In this document: one piece after another, positions 6,806-15,754 of the stretch
Numbering within the stretch: the first letter of the stretch is position 1
Layout: every line of letters begins with the position of its first letter
Virus record (IMG/VR): IMGVR_UViG_3300037046_000214
Location: 1-27,242 of that record
Origin: a virus
Taxonomy: Duplodnaviria; Caudoviricetes
DNA length: 27,242 bases
Reading direction: 5' to 3' (one strand)
Position numbers and translations under genes: made by a program
Notes under the pieces: model-generated
Told to the model about the DNA's origin: nothing
The model's database searches: none
What the model saw: only the letters and a program-made list of their open reading frames with translations

Positions 6806-8725
6806 GTGGAATTGGTTAATTTTCAATCAATTTGGTTCCCCACTGAGCGCGCCGCCTGGCGGCCGCCGGAGGATATCACCGTCTCGGAGTGGGCCGAGCG
6901 CCACCGGGTGCTGCCGAAGCAGTCGGCCATCCCGGGGCCCTGGAGCAACCGCCTGGTGCCCTATGCGGTGGGGGTGATGGATGCCTTCATTGATCCGGCG
7001 GTGGAGCGGATCACCATCATGGCCAGCGTCCAGAGCGCCAAGACCGAGTCAGCTTACAATATGCTGGGTTACGCCATCTCCCAGGACCCTGCCCCGGCCC
7101 TGGTGGTCATGCCCACGGATAAGACCCTGAAACGGGTCAATAAGCGCCTTCAGGACATGATTATCGGAAGCCCGGAGTTATCCCAGTACCTGACCGGGGA
7201 CCCGGACGATCTCCAAAAGCGTCTGATTATGCTGCAGCGCATGGAGATTCACTTCGCCACGGCGGGCAGCAAGTCGGATTTGGCCAACGTCGAGGCCCGT
7301 TATATCCTCCTGGATGAGCCGGACCGCTACCCCAGCGAGACCGGGGACGAGGGTTCCCCCATGGAAATGGCCGAGGCCCGGGCCACCACCTACTGGAACC
7401 GCAAGATTATTCAGCCCTGCACGCCCACGGTCCCCGAAGCCTACGTCAACATCGAGTATGAGCGCTCCGACAAGCGCCAATTTTACGTTCCCTGTCCTTA
7501 TTGCGGCGGCTACCAGGTCCTGGTGTTCAAACAGGTTAAACATCTGGGCGAACCGCGGGGGCAATGGCCGCCAGACCGTCGCGCCCCGGACTACATCAAG
7601 CGGGAGCGCGTAGCCCGTTATGAGTGCCTCCATTGCCAGGCGGAAATAGATGACCGGGACAAGCCGGCGATGCTGGCCTTGGGGAAATGGGTGCCGGCGG
7701 GTCACCCCATCGCTTTGGATGGCGCTATGCCGCCGATCCCGCCCACCTCTCATGTGGGATTCCACTGGAACGCCCTTTATTCCCCCTTCCGCAACTTCTC
7801 CGAGGTGGCGGCGCAGTTCTGGGCCACCCGGAAAGACCGGGAAAAGTTCAAAACCTTCGTCAATTTGTGGCTGGCGGAGCCATGGAAGGAGATTATCAAG
7901 GAGCGCCCGGCCTCCCGGGTCATGGAATTATGCACCAACCGGCCCGCCCTGGTGGTGCCGGAAGGGACTTTGGCCCTCACTGCCGGCATTGACAATCAGA
8001 AATTCGGCTTTTGGGTGGTGATCCGGGCCTGGGTATTCACCCCCGGGGGGTCCATCGACTCCCACCTGGTGCGCTACGGCTACGTCGGCAGCTTCGGGGA
8101 GTTGGAGACGTGGTTATTTGAGGACGTTTACCGGGAGGAGGGCGGCGGCCTGACCTATCCGGTCTGGCGGTCGGCCATCGACACCGGCGGCAGCCAGGGC
8201 GAGGCCGGCGAGGCCACCATGACTGAACAGGTTTATGACTGGTTGCGCCGGGTGGCCCGGGGGCGCGTCTTTGGGGTCAAGGGGGCAGCCCGGTCCCTGG
8301 TGGGCGGCAAGAAAATGAGCTTTTCCCTCATCGACAAGTTTCCTAGCGGCAAGCCCATCCCCGGCGGCATCCGCCTTTGGCACCTGGATACCGGTCAGTT
8401 TAAAGACGATATCTGGAGTCGGGTGGAAACGGGGCGGTTTCATCTGCATACCGGGGTCGGGATGGATTATGCGGCGCAACTGGCGTCGGAAGCCAAGGAA
8501 CGGGACCAGCGGGGCCGGGAAGTGTGGAAGTTGCGGGCGGGATTTGCCGACAACCATCTCCTGGACTGCGAGGTTTACGCCGCGGCCATGGCCGACCCGG
8601 AGTGCTGGGGCGGGGTGCTGGTGTTGCCCCGGGTGGGGTCGGCGGAGCAAGTGGGGCCGGCAGAAGATCCGGGGGGGATTAATCCCTTGACCGGCCGGCC
8701 CCGGGGCGATTTCTTGGGGCGCTGA
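6806..8725 (+). CDS. terL: Terminase large subunit, lambda GpA family
   Basis: TVSEWAE...PGPW; deviant Walker A ASVQSAKTE; LLDEPDRYP; CPYC/CLHC; GFHWNALYSP; LTAGID; IDTGG; NHLLDCEVYA. Confidence 0.95.
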   Translation: MELVNFQSIWFPTERAAWRPPEDITVSEWAERHRVLPKQSAIPGPWSNRLVPYAVGVMDAFIDPAVERITIMASVQSAKTESAYNMLGYAISQDPAPALVVMPTDKTLKRVNKRLQDMIIGSPELSQYLTGDPDDLQKRLIMLQRMEIHFATAGSKSDLANVEARYILLDEPDRYPSETGDEGSPMEMAEARATTYWNRKIIQPCTPTVPEAYVNIEYERSDKRQFYVPCPYCGGYQVLVFKQVKHLGEPRGQWPPDRRAPDYIKRERVARYECLHCQAEIDDRDKPAMLALGKWVPAGHPIALDGAMPPIPPTSHVGFHWNALYSPFRNFSEVAAQFWATRKDREKFKTFVNLWLAEPWKEIIKERPASRVMELCTNRPALVVPEGTLALTAGIDNQKFGFWVVIRAWVFTPGGSIDSHLVRYGYVGSFGELETWLFEDVYREEGGGLTYPVWRSAIDTGGSQGEAGEATMTEQVYDWLRRVARGRVFGVKGAARSLVGGKKMSFSLIDKFPSGKPIPGGIRLWHLDTGQFKDDIWSRVETGRFHLHTGVGMDYAAQLASEAKERDQRGREVWKLRAGFADNHLLDCEVYAAAMADPECWGGVLVLPRVGSAEQVGPAEDPGGINPLTGRPRGDFLGR

Positions 8726-8726
8726 G

Positions 8727-8999
8727 ATGAGCAACCATGAGATTAGGCGTGTTGCCGCAATTTTGGATAACGACGGGACCGTTGTAACATCTTTAGAGGA
8801 AAACCAGGCGACCGTATCCGCCTTTATTGAGGCAGAGATGTATGACCCGGACCATCTGCCCTCATGGAAAATAGCCCAGGCTTTCAACGTTGATGTTCAG
8901 GTGGTGCAAGCGTGGGTCGCCCAGGGCCTGCCGCAATTGGCCGACGGTACGTTCTCTTGGGTGGCGGTGATGGAATGGAAGATGTCCGGTTTGATTTAA
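8727..8999 (+). CDS. Small protein with a Nu1/MerR-like winged HTH
   Basis: IAQAFNVDVQVVQAWVAQGLP...FSWVAVMEW parallels the lambda Nu1 DNA-binding domain pattern. Confidence 0.55.
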   Translation: MSNHEIRRVAAILDNDGTVVTSLEENQATVSAFIEAEMYDPDHLPSWKIAQAFNVDVQVVQAWVAQGLPQLADGTFSWVAVMEWKMSGLI

Positions 9000-9014
9000 A
9001 GCAAGGGAGAGACT

Positions 9015-9218
9015 ATGGCCGTAAAACCCAGCGGCTTGCTGTACCCGCACCACGTGGCGGAGATTCTGGCCTGTACTGAAAAGCACGTGCGGGAATTGAT
9101 CCGGAGCGGGCAGTTGATCGCGGTGAAGATCGGCAAGCGCAGTCGCCGGATCAGCCGGGAATCGGTCCTGATCTTCCTGGAAAAAAACCAAATCAATCCT
9201 GAATCTTTTTTCGATTGA
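9015..9218 (+). CDS. Excisionase-family (HTH_17) DNA-binding protein
   Basis: LLYPHHVAEILACTEKHVRELIRSGQLIAVKIG...RISRESV; GGGAG RBS. Confidence 0.85.
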   Translation: MAVKPSGLLYPHHVAEILACTEKHVRELIRSGQLIAVKIGKRSRRISRESVLIFLEKNQINPESFFD

Positions 9219-9229
9219 AACAACTTTAG

Positions 9230-9297
9230 CGAACCAGAGCGGAACAAACGAACCAGAGGGCCTTGAATCCTCTCTTTTTTTGTCGGACACTGGCGGC
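9230..9297 (+). promoter_or_regulatory. Direct repeats plus a candidate late promoter overlapping a terminator-like hairpin
   Basis: CGAACCAGAG at 9230 and 9249; TTGAAT(9263)-17 bp-GACACT(9286)-6 nt-ATG; hairpin AGAGG...CCTCT followed by C and a T7 run. Confidence 0.45.
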
Positions 9298-9531
9298 ATG
9301 GCTTATACCCAAGCGCAGTTGGAAACCATGCTGGCAGAAGTGCAGACCGCCATCTCCAAGTGTCTCTCCGCCCAGGAATATACCGCCGGAGCCGGGGTGG
9401 GCCTGAAGCGGGCCACCCTGGATCAGCTCCAAAAGCGGGAACAGTGGCTGTTGGGCGAGATCGCCAAGTTTGGCGGGGTGGGCTCCGGCTTCGATCCCAT
9501 CAACCGGGTGGAATTTACGGAGCCTTTATGA
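9298..9531 (+). CDS. Head-tail joining protein, gpW-like
   Basis: Size, position before the portal, and the QEYT...LKRATLDQL pattern. Start taken as ATG 9298. Confidence 0.75.
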   Translation: MAYTQAQLETMLAEVQTAISKCLSAQEYTAGAGVGLKRATLDQLQKREQWLLGEIAKFGGVGSGFDPINRVEFTEPL

Positions 9532-11084
9532 GCCGCCGCCCGGAACTGTCCCGCCTGGACCGCCTCATCAGTTATCTCTCCCCCTGCCTGGGGCTGCGCC
9601 GCCAGGCCGCCCGGACCCACCTGGAATTGATGGCCGACTACCGGGGGGCCGACACCTCCCGCCTGCGCAGCAACTGGCTGTTGGGGCGCACCAACGCCAC
9701 CCCGCCATCCTATACCCTGGAAACTCTCCGGAACCGCTCCCGGGAACTGAACCGCAACGACGCAGTGGCCAGCGGCGCCACCGAAACTATGGCGGTGAAC
9801 ATCGTGGGCCGGGGGCTGCGGCCCCAGTCCCGCCTCCGGGCCGAAGTCCTGGGGGTAAGCGAGACTCAGGCCAGGGATTTGCAGCGCCAGGCGGAGTCCA
9901 TCTGGCAATCCTGGACCCCCTTGGCCGATTCCGGCAACCGCTTGTCGTTTGATGATTTACAGTTTCTGGCCCTGCGCAAGATTGTGGAAGACGGCGAGGT
10001 TTTGGCCCTGCCAGTGATGGCGGACGAACCCTGGCGGCCATTGAGCCGGGCAGTGGAACTGCTGGAAAGCGACCGCCTCTGTCCCCAGGCCGGGAAGTCG
10101 CCCACGGCCCTGGACACGGCCATAGAAGTGGGCCAGCGGGGCCAGCCGGTGGCTTACTGGATCTCCCGGGTAAATTACGCCAATCAGTTGGGATCGGTCT
10201 ATGATCTGGGTGACCCCCAGCGCCTGGAGGCCAGGGACGCCGCCGGCCGCCCCCGGGTGCTCCATATCTACCGGGTCAACCGTCCCGGCCAGCTCCGGGG
10301 GGTGCCGTATTTTGCCCCGGTGCTTACCTATTTCAAGGACCTGTCCGACTACCTGGATGCCGAACTGGTGGCCGCCAAAGTGGCCGCCTGCCTGGCGGTG
10401 TTCGTCACCAAGGCCGACCCGCAGTTTGGGGCCCTGGGTGCGGCCACGGGCACAGAAACCTCCGGCAAACGCCTCCAGGGCATTGAGCCCGGCCTGGTGT
10501 CCTACCTCAATCTGGGGGAAGACATCAAGGTGGTGGACCCGAAGCGGGGCGGCGAGACCTTCAATGGCTTCATCGAAGGCGTACTCCGGATGATCGGCAT
10601 GTCCCTGGGCCTGCCCTATGAACTGCTGGCCAAGGATTTTTCCAAGACCAACTATTCCAGCGCCCGGGCTTCCCTGTTGGAAGGTCGGCGGATTTTTACC
10701 GCCTGGCGGTCCTGGTTCTCCACCCAGTTCTGTCAGCCGTTCTGGGAATTGGTGCTGGAGGAGGCCTATCTCCGGGGATTGTTCAAGGCCCCCCGATTTT
10801 ATGAATTGCGGTCTGAATACACCCGGGCGGTCTGGATCGGCGGCGGCTGGGGCTGGGTGGACCCGGTGAAAGAGGTCCAGGCCTCCAAGCTGGCCATCGA
10901 TTACGGCCTCTCCACCCTGGCGGAGGAAGTGGCCGGTCAGGGGCGGGACTGGGAAGAGGTCTTTGAGCAACTCCGGCGGGAGCAAGACCGGGCCGCGGAG
11001 ATGAATTTGTTCTTCCCCAGCAGCGGCGCTCCCAAACCGGCGGTGGGTTACCAGAACGCCCCGGAGCCTATCGAGCCGGAATAA
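9528..11084 (+). CDS. Portal protein, lambda gpB family
   Basis: LRNRSRELNRND, DGEV, RPGQLRGVP, DFSKTNYSSARASLLE and WVDPVKE motifs. Start ATG 9528 overlaps the gpW stop. Confidence 0.95.
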   Translation: MSRRPELSRLDRLISYLSPCLGLRRQAARTHLELMADYRGADTSRLRSNWLLGRTNATPPSYTLETLRNRSRELNRNDAVASGATETMAVNIVGRGLRPQSRLRAEVLGVSETQARDLQRQAESIWQSWTPLADSGNRLSFDDLQFLALRKIVEDGEVLALPVMADEPWRPLSRAVELLESDRLCPQAGKSPTALDTAIEVGQRGQPVAYWISRVNYANQLGSVYDLGDPQRLEARDAAGRPRVLHIYRVNRPGQLRGVPYFAPVLTYFKDLSDYLDAELVAAKVAACLAVFVTKADPQFGALGAATGTETSGKRLQGIEPGLVSYLNLGEDIKVVDPKRGGETFNGFIEGVLRMIGMSLGLPYELLAKDFSKTNYSSARASLLEGRRIFTAWRSWFSTQFCQPFWELVLEEAYLRGLFKAPRFYELRSEYTRAVWIGGGWGWVDPVKEVQASKLAIDYGLSTLAEEVAGQGRDWEEVFEQLRREQDRAAEMNLFFPSSGAPKPAVGYQNAPEPIEPE

Positions 11085-11110
11085 TAACAGCACATTAAGG
11101 AAGAATATCC

Positions 11111-12262
11111 ATGCCCAAACCCAATAAAAACGAAGCCAAGCAGGATTTCTTGAAGCGCTGCACCGCTGACCTGGTGGACCGGGAAGGCAAGTCTGCGGAT
11201 CAGGCCTACGCCGTGTGCAATGGGGTCTGGGATGCTGCCAAAAATACCCGGTCGGCCCTGTCCCTATGTGCGGGACTCAATTTGGAGGCGCTTCCGGACG
11301 GCAAACCCAAGAGTTTCCTTATTACTGCCTACACCGGGGCCCTCCTGGACCTGGGCTGGGCCGGGAAACTTATCATTGACCTCAAAGGCATCAAGGCTGA
11401 GGCCAAGATACCAGTGCTCCGGGAACATCAGCGGGACCGGGTGGTGGGTTACAGCAAAAAGGCCTGGCTCCAGGAAGGTAATTTTCTGATTTCCGGCCTT
11501 TTTTCCCAAAAAACCAAGGATGCTCAAGAGGTCCTGGACCTGGGAGAGGAAGGTTTCCCCTGGCAGGCCTCCGTGGGGATCTGGCCCTTAAAGGTCAGGG
11601 TCCTGGACAGCGACAAGGAAACGGTCAAGGTCAACGGCCAGGAGATCTCCGGGCCGGTGGAAATCTGGGCCGAATCGGCAGTGCGGGAAGTGAGTTTCGT
11701 CAGCCTCGGGGCCGACGATAATACCGCGGCCATTGTTCTATCCCGGGACCATGAGGTCCTCGTGGAAATCGAGCGGGCCATAAAACCGCAGGAGGAAGCG
11801 AGTATGCCTATCACTTTGGTGCAACTGGAACAGGAGGCCCCGGAGCTGTTGACCCAAATCCGGGAACAGGCCCGGGCGGACGGGGCTGCCGCCGGGCTGG
11901 CGGACGGCGCCCAAACGGAACGGGACCGGGTTCTGAAAATTCTCCGGGCCGACGGCGACCGGGACCTGACCCTGGCCGCGGTGGAGCAGGGCCTCACCGT
12001 GGAAGCGGCCCTGGAGCAGCTTCTCCAGGCCGAAAAGGTCAGCCGGGCGCAGGAGCTGGAAAGGCTCAAGGCCGCGGCGCCGGGCAGCCTGGGCCAGGGG
12101 GGCGTGCCTGCCCCCGAGCCGGATTTTGAAATTAAAATCCAGGAGTTCATCACGGCCGGCAAGACCCGGGGCGAGGCGATCCGCCTGGCGGCGCAAAAGT
12201 ACCCGGAATTGCACCAGGCCTATATCGACCGGCACAATCCGGCGCAGAACAAGGAGGGGTAA
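11111..12262 (+). CDS. Prohead protease (HK97/Mu-I-like type) with C-terminal scaffold
   Basis: AYTG, PVLREH, GFPWQASVG and REVSFVSLGAD motifs; helical Ala/Glu-rich C-terminus. Confidence 0.8.
   Translation: MPKPNKNEAKQDFLKRCTADLVDREGKSADQAYAVCNGVWDAAKNTRSALSLCAGLNLEALPDGKPKSFLITAYTGALLDLGWAGKLIIDLKGIKAEAKIPVLREHQRDRVVGYSKKAWLQEGNFLISGLFSQKTKDAQEVLDLGEEGFPWQASVGIWPLKVRVLDSDKETVKVNGQEISGPVEIWAESAVREVSFVSLGADDNTAAIVLSRDHEVLVEIERAIKPQEEASMPITLVQLEQEAPELLTQIREQARADGAAAGLADGAQTERDRVLKILRADGDRDLTLAAVEQGLTVEAALEQLLQAEKVSRAQELERLKAAAPGSLGQGGVPAPEPDFEIKIQEFITAGKTRGEAIRLAAQKYPELHQAYIDRHNPAQNKEG
11804..12262 (+). CDS. Probable nested scaffolding protein (internal in-frame start, lambda Nu3-like)
   Basis: GGAGG at 11791 precedes in-frame ATG 11804 (MPITLVQLEQEAPELL...), just after the protease domain. 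Confidence 0.55.
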   Translation: MPITLVQLEQEAPELLTQIREQARADGAAAGLADGAQTERDRVLKILRADGDRDLTLAAVEQGLTVEAALEQLLQAEKVSRAQELERLKAAAPGSLGQGGVPAPEPDFEIKIQEFITAGKTRGEAIRLAAQKYPELHQAYIDRHNPAQNKEG

Positions 12263-12264
12263 GC

Positions 12265-13248
12265 ATGTTCACCAAAGAGAATCGGAGCTTTATCGCCACT
12301 GCGGCCATCGAACCGAACCGCCGGGTGAAACTTTCCTCCGGTACTGTCACCAGTCCTCCCAGCGTGGAATACGCCGCTGCCGGGGAATATGGCATCGGCA
12401 TCTCCCTGACCCGGGCGGCCCTGGGGGCCATGGTCACCGTCAAACTATGGAACGACGGCGGCACCTTTCAGATCGAGGCCAACGGCGCCATCGCCGAGGC
12501 CGCCAACCTGTACGGCACCGCCAATGGCCGGGTGGATGATTCCGGCACCGGCACCGTCCAGTTCGTCGCCCTCCAGGCCGCCAGCGGCGCCGGGTCGGTC
12601 ATCGAATGCACCATCAACCCGTATCTGGCCACCGCGGCCGGATCGGTGTCCATCGCCGATACCGGCAATCTCATCACCGGGACCACCGTGGAAGCGGCCC
12701 TGGCCGAGATTATGACCGGGATCAAGACGGCCCAGTATTTTATTCAGCCGGCCGCTATCACCCTGGAAACCGGCGCGCCCACCGTAGTTTTCGCCGATGG
12801 CTCGGCCGACGGGTTCACTCAGTTGACTAACAAGGAAGTGGGCCTGCGGTGGAATAACGGCGCCAATCCCACCAAGATGGCGGCCCGGTTCATCATCCCG
12901 CCGGACCTGGACCCCGCCGCCGATCTGGTGGTGCATTTTCTGGGGGCCATCGTCAAGGCCGGGGGCGCTGAGGCCGATTCCCCGACCATCACCTGTGAGG
13001 CGTACTTCGCAGCCTCCGGGGCGGCCATGCTGGCCGACGCCAATTGCGGCGGCGTTTCGGGCGAGTTTCTGACCGCCGCCGCCAACACCTACCAGGAAAA
13101 AACCCTGGCCATCGCTTCGGCGGACATCCCTGCGGTCCCCTCGGTCCTGACCCTCATCTTCAATCCCACGGACGGGCAGTTGGGCACCGATGATTTTGTC
13201 CTGGCCGGTGTCTGGATTGAAGCCAAACGTCAATGCCTGACCTCCTAA
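12265..13248 (+). CDS. Capsid decoration/cement protein (DUF2190-like N-terminus) with a C-terminal extension
   Basis: N-terminal ~120 aa (FIATAAIEPNRRVKL...IEANGAIAEAANLY...ALQAASGAGSVIE), then a TVEAALAEI linker and a beta-rich domain. Located between protease and capsid. Confidence 0.7.
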   Translation: MFTKENRSFIATAAIEPNRRVKLSSGTVTSPPSVEYAAAGEYGIGISLTRAALGAMVTVKLWNDGGTFQIEANGAIAEAANLYGTANGRVDDSGTGTVQFVALQAASGAGSVIECTINPYLATAAGSVSIADTGNLITGTTVEAALAEIMTGIKTAQYFIQPAAITLETGAPTVVFADGSADGFTQLTNKEVGLRWNNGANPTKMAARFIIPPDLDPAADLVVHFLGAIVKAGGAEADSPTITCEAYFAASGAAMLADANCGGVSGEFLTAAANTYQEKTLAIASADIPAVPSVLTLIFNPTDGQLGTDDFVLAGVWIEAKRQCLTS

Positions 13249-13283
13249 CCGGGGGCAGAAATAGGGCAAAGGAGGAATGAACC

Positions 13284-14246
13284 ATGCCCCGACCCACTTC
13301 CGGCACCACGATTCAGCGCCCCGACCTGGGGGCCCTGGCTTATGAACTGCTGCTCAATCCCAGCGATTTTATCGCTGACCAGGTCCTGCCGGTTTTCGAC
13401 ACCCCGGAGCAGTCCGGCGACTACCCGAAAATCCCGGTGGAGGCCTTCCTGAAAACCCATGATACCCGGCGGGCGCCGCGTTCCGGCTACGTCCGGGACG
13501 ACTGGGAATTCACCACCGGCAATTTCGCCTGCCAGGACCATGGCCATGAGGAGCCGGTGGACGATGTAGAGGCCCGCATGTACCGCCGCTTCTTCGACGC
13601 CGAGGTGGTGGCGGTGGAACGGGCGGTGGACAAGATCCGCCGGGCCCGGGAAGTACGGGTTAATGCCCTGCTGATGAACACCGGCAACATCACCCTGACC
13701 GCCGCTGCCGCGGTCTGCTGGGATGTGGCGGCCAACTGCACCCCCAAGGTGGATGTGGACGCCGGCATCAAGGCCATGCGGGAAGGCCGGGGCATCCTGC
13801 CCAACGCGGTAATCATGGACTTCAAGGTGTTCAAGGACGTCATGCGGTCCAGCGAACTTAAAACCTATCTCCAGTACACCAGTCCGCATCTCATCGAAAC
13901 GGAGCAGGCGCAGCGGGACATGCTGGCCAAGTATTTCGGGGTGGAACAGGTCCTGGTGGCTAAGGCCATGTACGACTCGGCGGACAAGAACCAGACCGCC
14001 GCCCTGGCCAGTATCTGGAACAACGACTATGTCCTGCTGGCCCGGCTCGGCACCAACGCCAGGGACCTCAAGGAACCGTGCCTGGGCCGGACCTTCCTGT
14101 GGACCGGCGACAGTCCCCAGGCCCTGGTGGTGGAACAGTACCGGGAGGAGCAGACCCGCTCCTGGGTTTTCCGGGTGCGCCATAACGTCCAGGAAGCCCT
14201 GGTGTATGCCGGGGCCGGCTATCTCATCTCTAACGTCACCACGTAG
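13284..14246 (+). CDS. Major capsid protein (gpE-like, HK97 fold)
   Basis: FIADQVLPV, RAREVRV and GILPNAVIM patterns; 320 aa; strong AGGAGG RBS; position in the head module. Confidence 0.88.
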   Translation: MPRPTSGTTIQRPDLGALAYELLLNPSDFIADQVLPVFDTPEQSGDYPKIPVEAFLKTHDTRRAPRSGYVRDDWEFTTGNFACQDHGHEEPVDDVEARMYRRFFDAEVVAVERAVDKIRRAREVRVNALLMNTGNITLTAAAAVCWDVAANCTPKVDVDAGIKAMREGRGILPNAVIMDFKVFKDVMRSSELKTYLQYTSPHLIETEQAQRDMLAKYFGVEQVLVAKAMYDSADKNQTAALASIWNNDYVLLARLGTNARDLKEPCLGRTFLWTGDSPQALVVEQYREEQTRSWVFRVRHNVQEALVYAGAGYLISNVTT

Positions 14247-14249
14247 CCC

Positions 14250-14615
14250 ATGGCGCTGCGGGATGACATTGCCACCGATGCCCAGGCCGCCTGGTTCGAT
14301 ACTGACGGCCTGGCGCAGACGGTGATTTACACTCAGCCTGCCCGGGAATTGGGCACCGCGGCGGTGGAGACAGAGATTCAGGCCGTGGTGGTCTATGGGG
14401 AAAACCCCGGGGAAGAACGGCGCTATGCCGCCGGTTTCATCACTGCGATCATCCCCCGGGCCAGTATTGCCCTCCCCAGAAAAGACGGCGATTTTCTCAC
14501 CATTGCCGGAATGATCTGGCGGGTCCGTAAGATCAAAGCCGGGGACGGCTTGGAAATCTCCTGGGAACTGGAATGCACCAGCGGCGAGCAGGCGGTGATG
14601 AAGGGGCGGCAATAA
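14250..14615 (+). CDS. Head closure/head-tail connector (gpFII-like)
   Basis: Position after the capsid gene, size, and beta-rich PRKDGDFLTIAGMIWRV. Confidence 0.7.
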   Translation: MALRDDIATDAQAAWFDTDGLAQTVIYTQPARELGTAAVETEIQAVVVYGENPGEERRYAAGFITAIIPRASIALPRKDGDFLTIAGMIWRVRKIKAGDGLEISWELECTSGEQAVMKGRQ

Positions 14616-15245
14616 ATGACTGAACTGATTTTCAAAGTCATTGATTCAGCCACCAAGATGGTTGAAGAGCGGGCTAAGGCGGCGGGCCAGGCCCACGCCT
14701 CCGCCCTGAAATCATCCGGGTTCCGGCTGCGCCAACTCATCAAGCAGGGCATGAAAGAGCAGGCCCCGGGCGGCGAGGCCTGGCCCCGGGCTTCCGCCTG
14801 GGTGCAGTTCGGCTCCAGCCTCGCGGCCCGGGCCCGGGCCATCCAACGGCGCACCGACAAACGCAAGCGCCAGCCGGCCAAACCGCCCGGACTTACCGGC
14901 AGCAAGGGCCGCACCCCATTATCCAAGCTGGCCGGCGGCGCCCGTTACGAAACCACCGGCGCCGACAACGATATCCGGGTCCGGATCGGGTTTCTGAACC
15001 CGCGGTTGCAGCAATTGGCGGCCTACCACGCCGTGCCCCATACCGTACCGGTGACCGCCAAGATGCGCCGGCTGATCTTCGCGGTGGGTTTGGGCATCAG
15101 CAAATCTACCATCAATATCCCGGCCCGGCCCCATGTGGCCCCGGTGTACCGGAAAAACCAGGCCAGGATTCAGGGGTTTTGCCAGCAGCGGATCAACGCC
15201 GCCTTTGCCGGCCGGGACCCTAAATCCGTCGCCGTTCCCTTTTGA
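14616..15245 (+). CDS. Neck/tail completion protein (gpZ/virion morphogenesis-like)
   Basis: Very basic protein with INIPARP motif; canonical position. Confidence 0.65.
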   Translation: MTELIFKVIDSATKMVEERAKAAGQAHASALKSSGFRLRQLIKQGMKEQAPGGEAWPRASAWVQFGSSLAARARAIQRRTDKRKRQPAKPPGLTGSKGRTPLSKLAGGARYETTGADNDIRVRIGFLNPRLQQLAAYHAVPHTVPVTAKMRRLIFAVGLGISKSTINIPARPHVAPVYRKNQARIQGFCQQRINAAFAGRDPKSVAVPF

Positions 15246-15253
15246 GCTGAGCC

Positions 15254-15742
15254 ATGTCTTTGACCAACGATGCCATCGCCACTGCCATCTTTGAGGCCAT
15301 CCGGGATAGCGATGCGATTCTGGCAATGTGCGAGGGCCTGTTCAGCACCCCGCACCTGGTTTGCCTCGGCCTGTCCGGGGAAGACGCCCCTGGGCCGGAA
15401 GCTTGTCCGGTCTTTGAGGTGATCGTCTGGAATAAGGAGCGGGGTATTGCTCCGGATAGCTGGCCCTTCGCCTTCTCCGTCAATGTTTTTATCCGGGATG
15501 AAACCAGGGAATATGACACCACCACCAGCGGGGTCCGGACTATCGTCAATCGGGGGGCGCAATCCCTGGAGGCCCTCATGGACCTGGCCGAAACGGTCAT
15601 CCGGGCGGCCCTGGTGGATCTGGATTTTATGGACCTGTCCTTTGATTACGATGCCGTTACTTTTTATCCCCTGTTCGCCGGGGCCCTGAATATGAATATC
15701 TCTTACCCGAAACTGATTGGCGGGTTCACCCCGTCACTTTAG
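15254..15742 (+). CDS. Tail terminator protein (gpU-like)
   Basis: Acidic 162-aa protein immediately before the tail tube. Confidence 0.6.
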   Translation: MSLTNDAIATAIFEAIRDSDAILAMCEGLFSTPHLVCLGLSGEDAPGPEACPVFEVIVWNKERGIAPDSWPFAFSVNVFIRDETREYDTTTSGVRTIVNRGAQSLEALMDLAETVIRAALVDLDFMDLSFDYDAVTFYPLFAGALNMNISYPKLIGGFTPSL

Positions 15743-15754
15743 GAGGACAAGACC

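Noticed and set aside
9015-9218. Calling the HTH_17 protein a true excisionase
   Set aside because: No integrase or att site is nearby. Its position before the head operon suggests a regulatory role instead.
9360-9527. N-terminal extension of the portal in the ORF track
   Set aside because: It overlaps gpW in another frame. ATG 9528, coupled to the gpW stop, gives a normal portal N-terminus.
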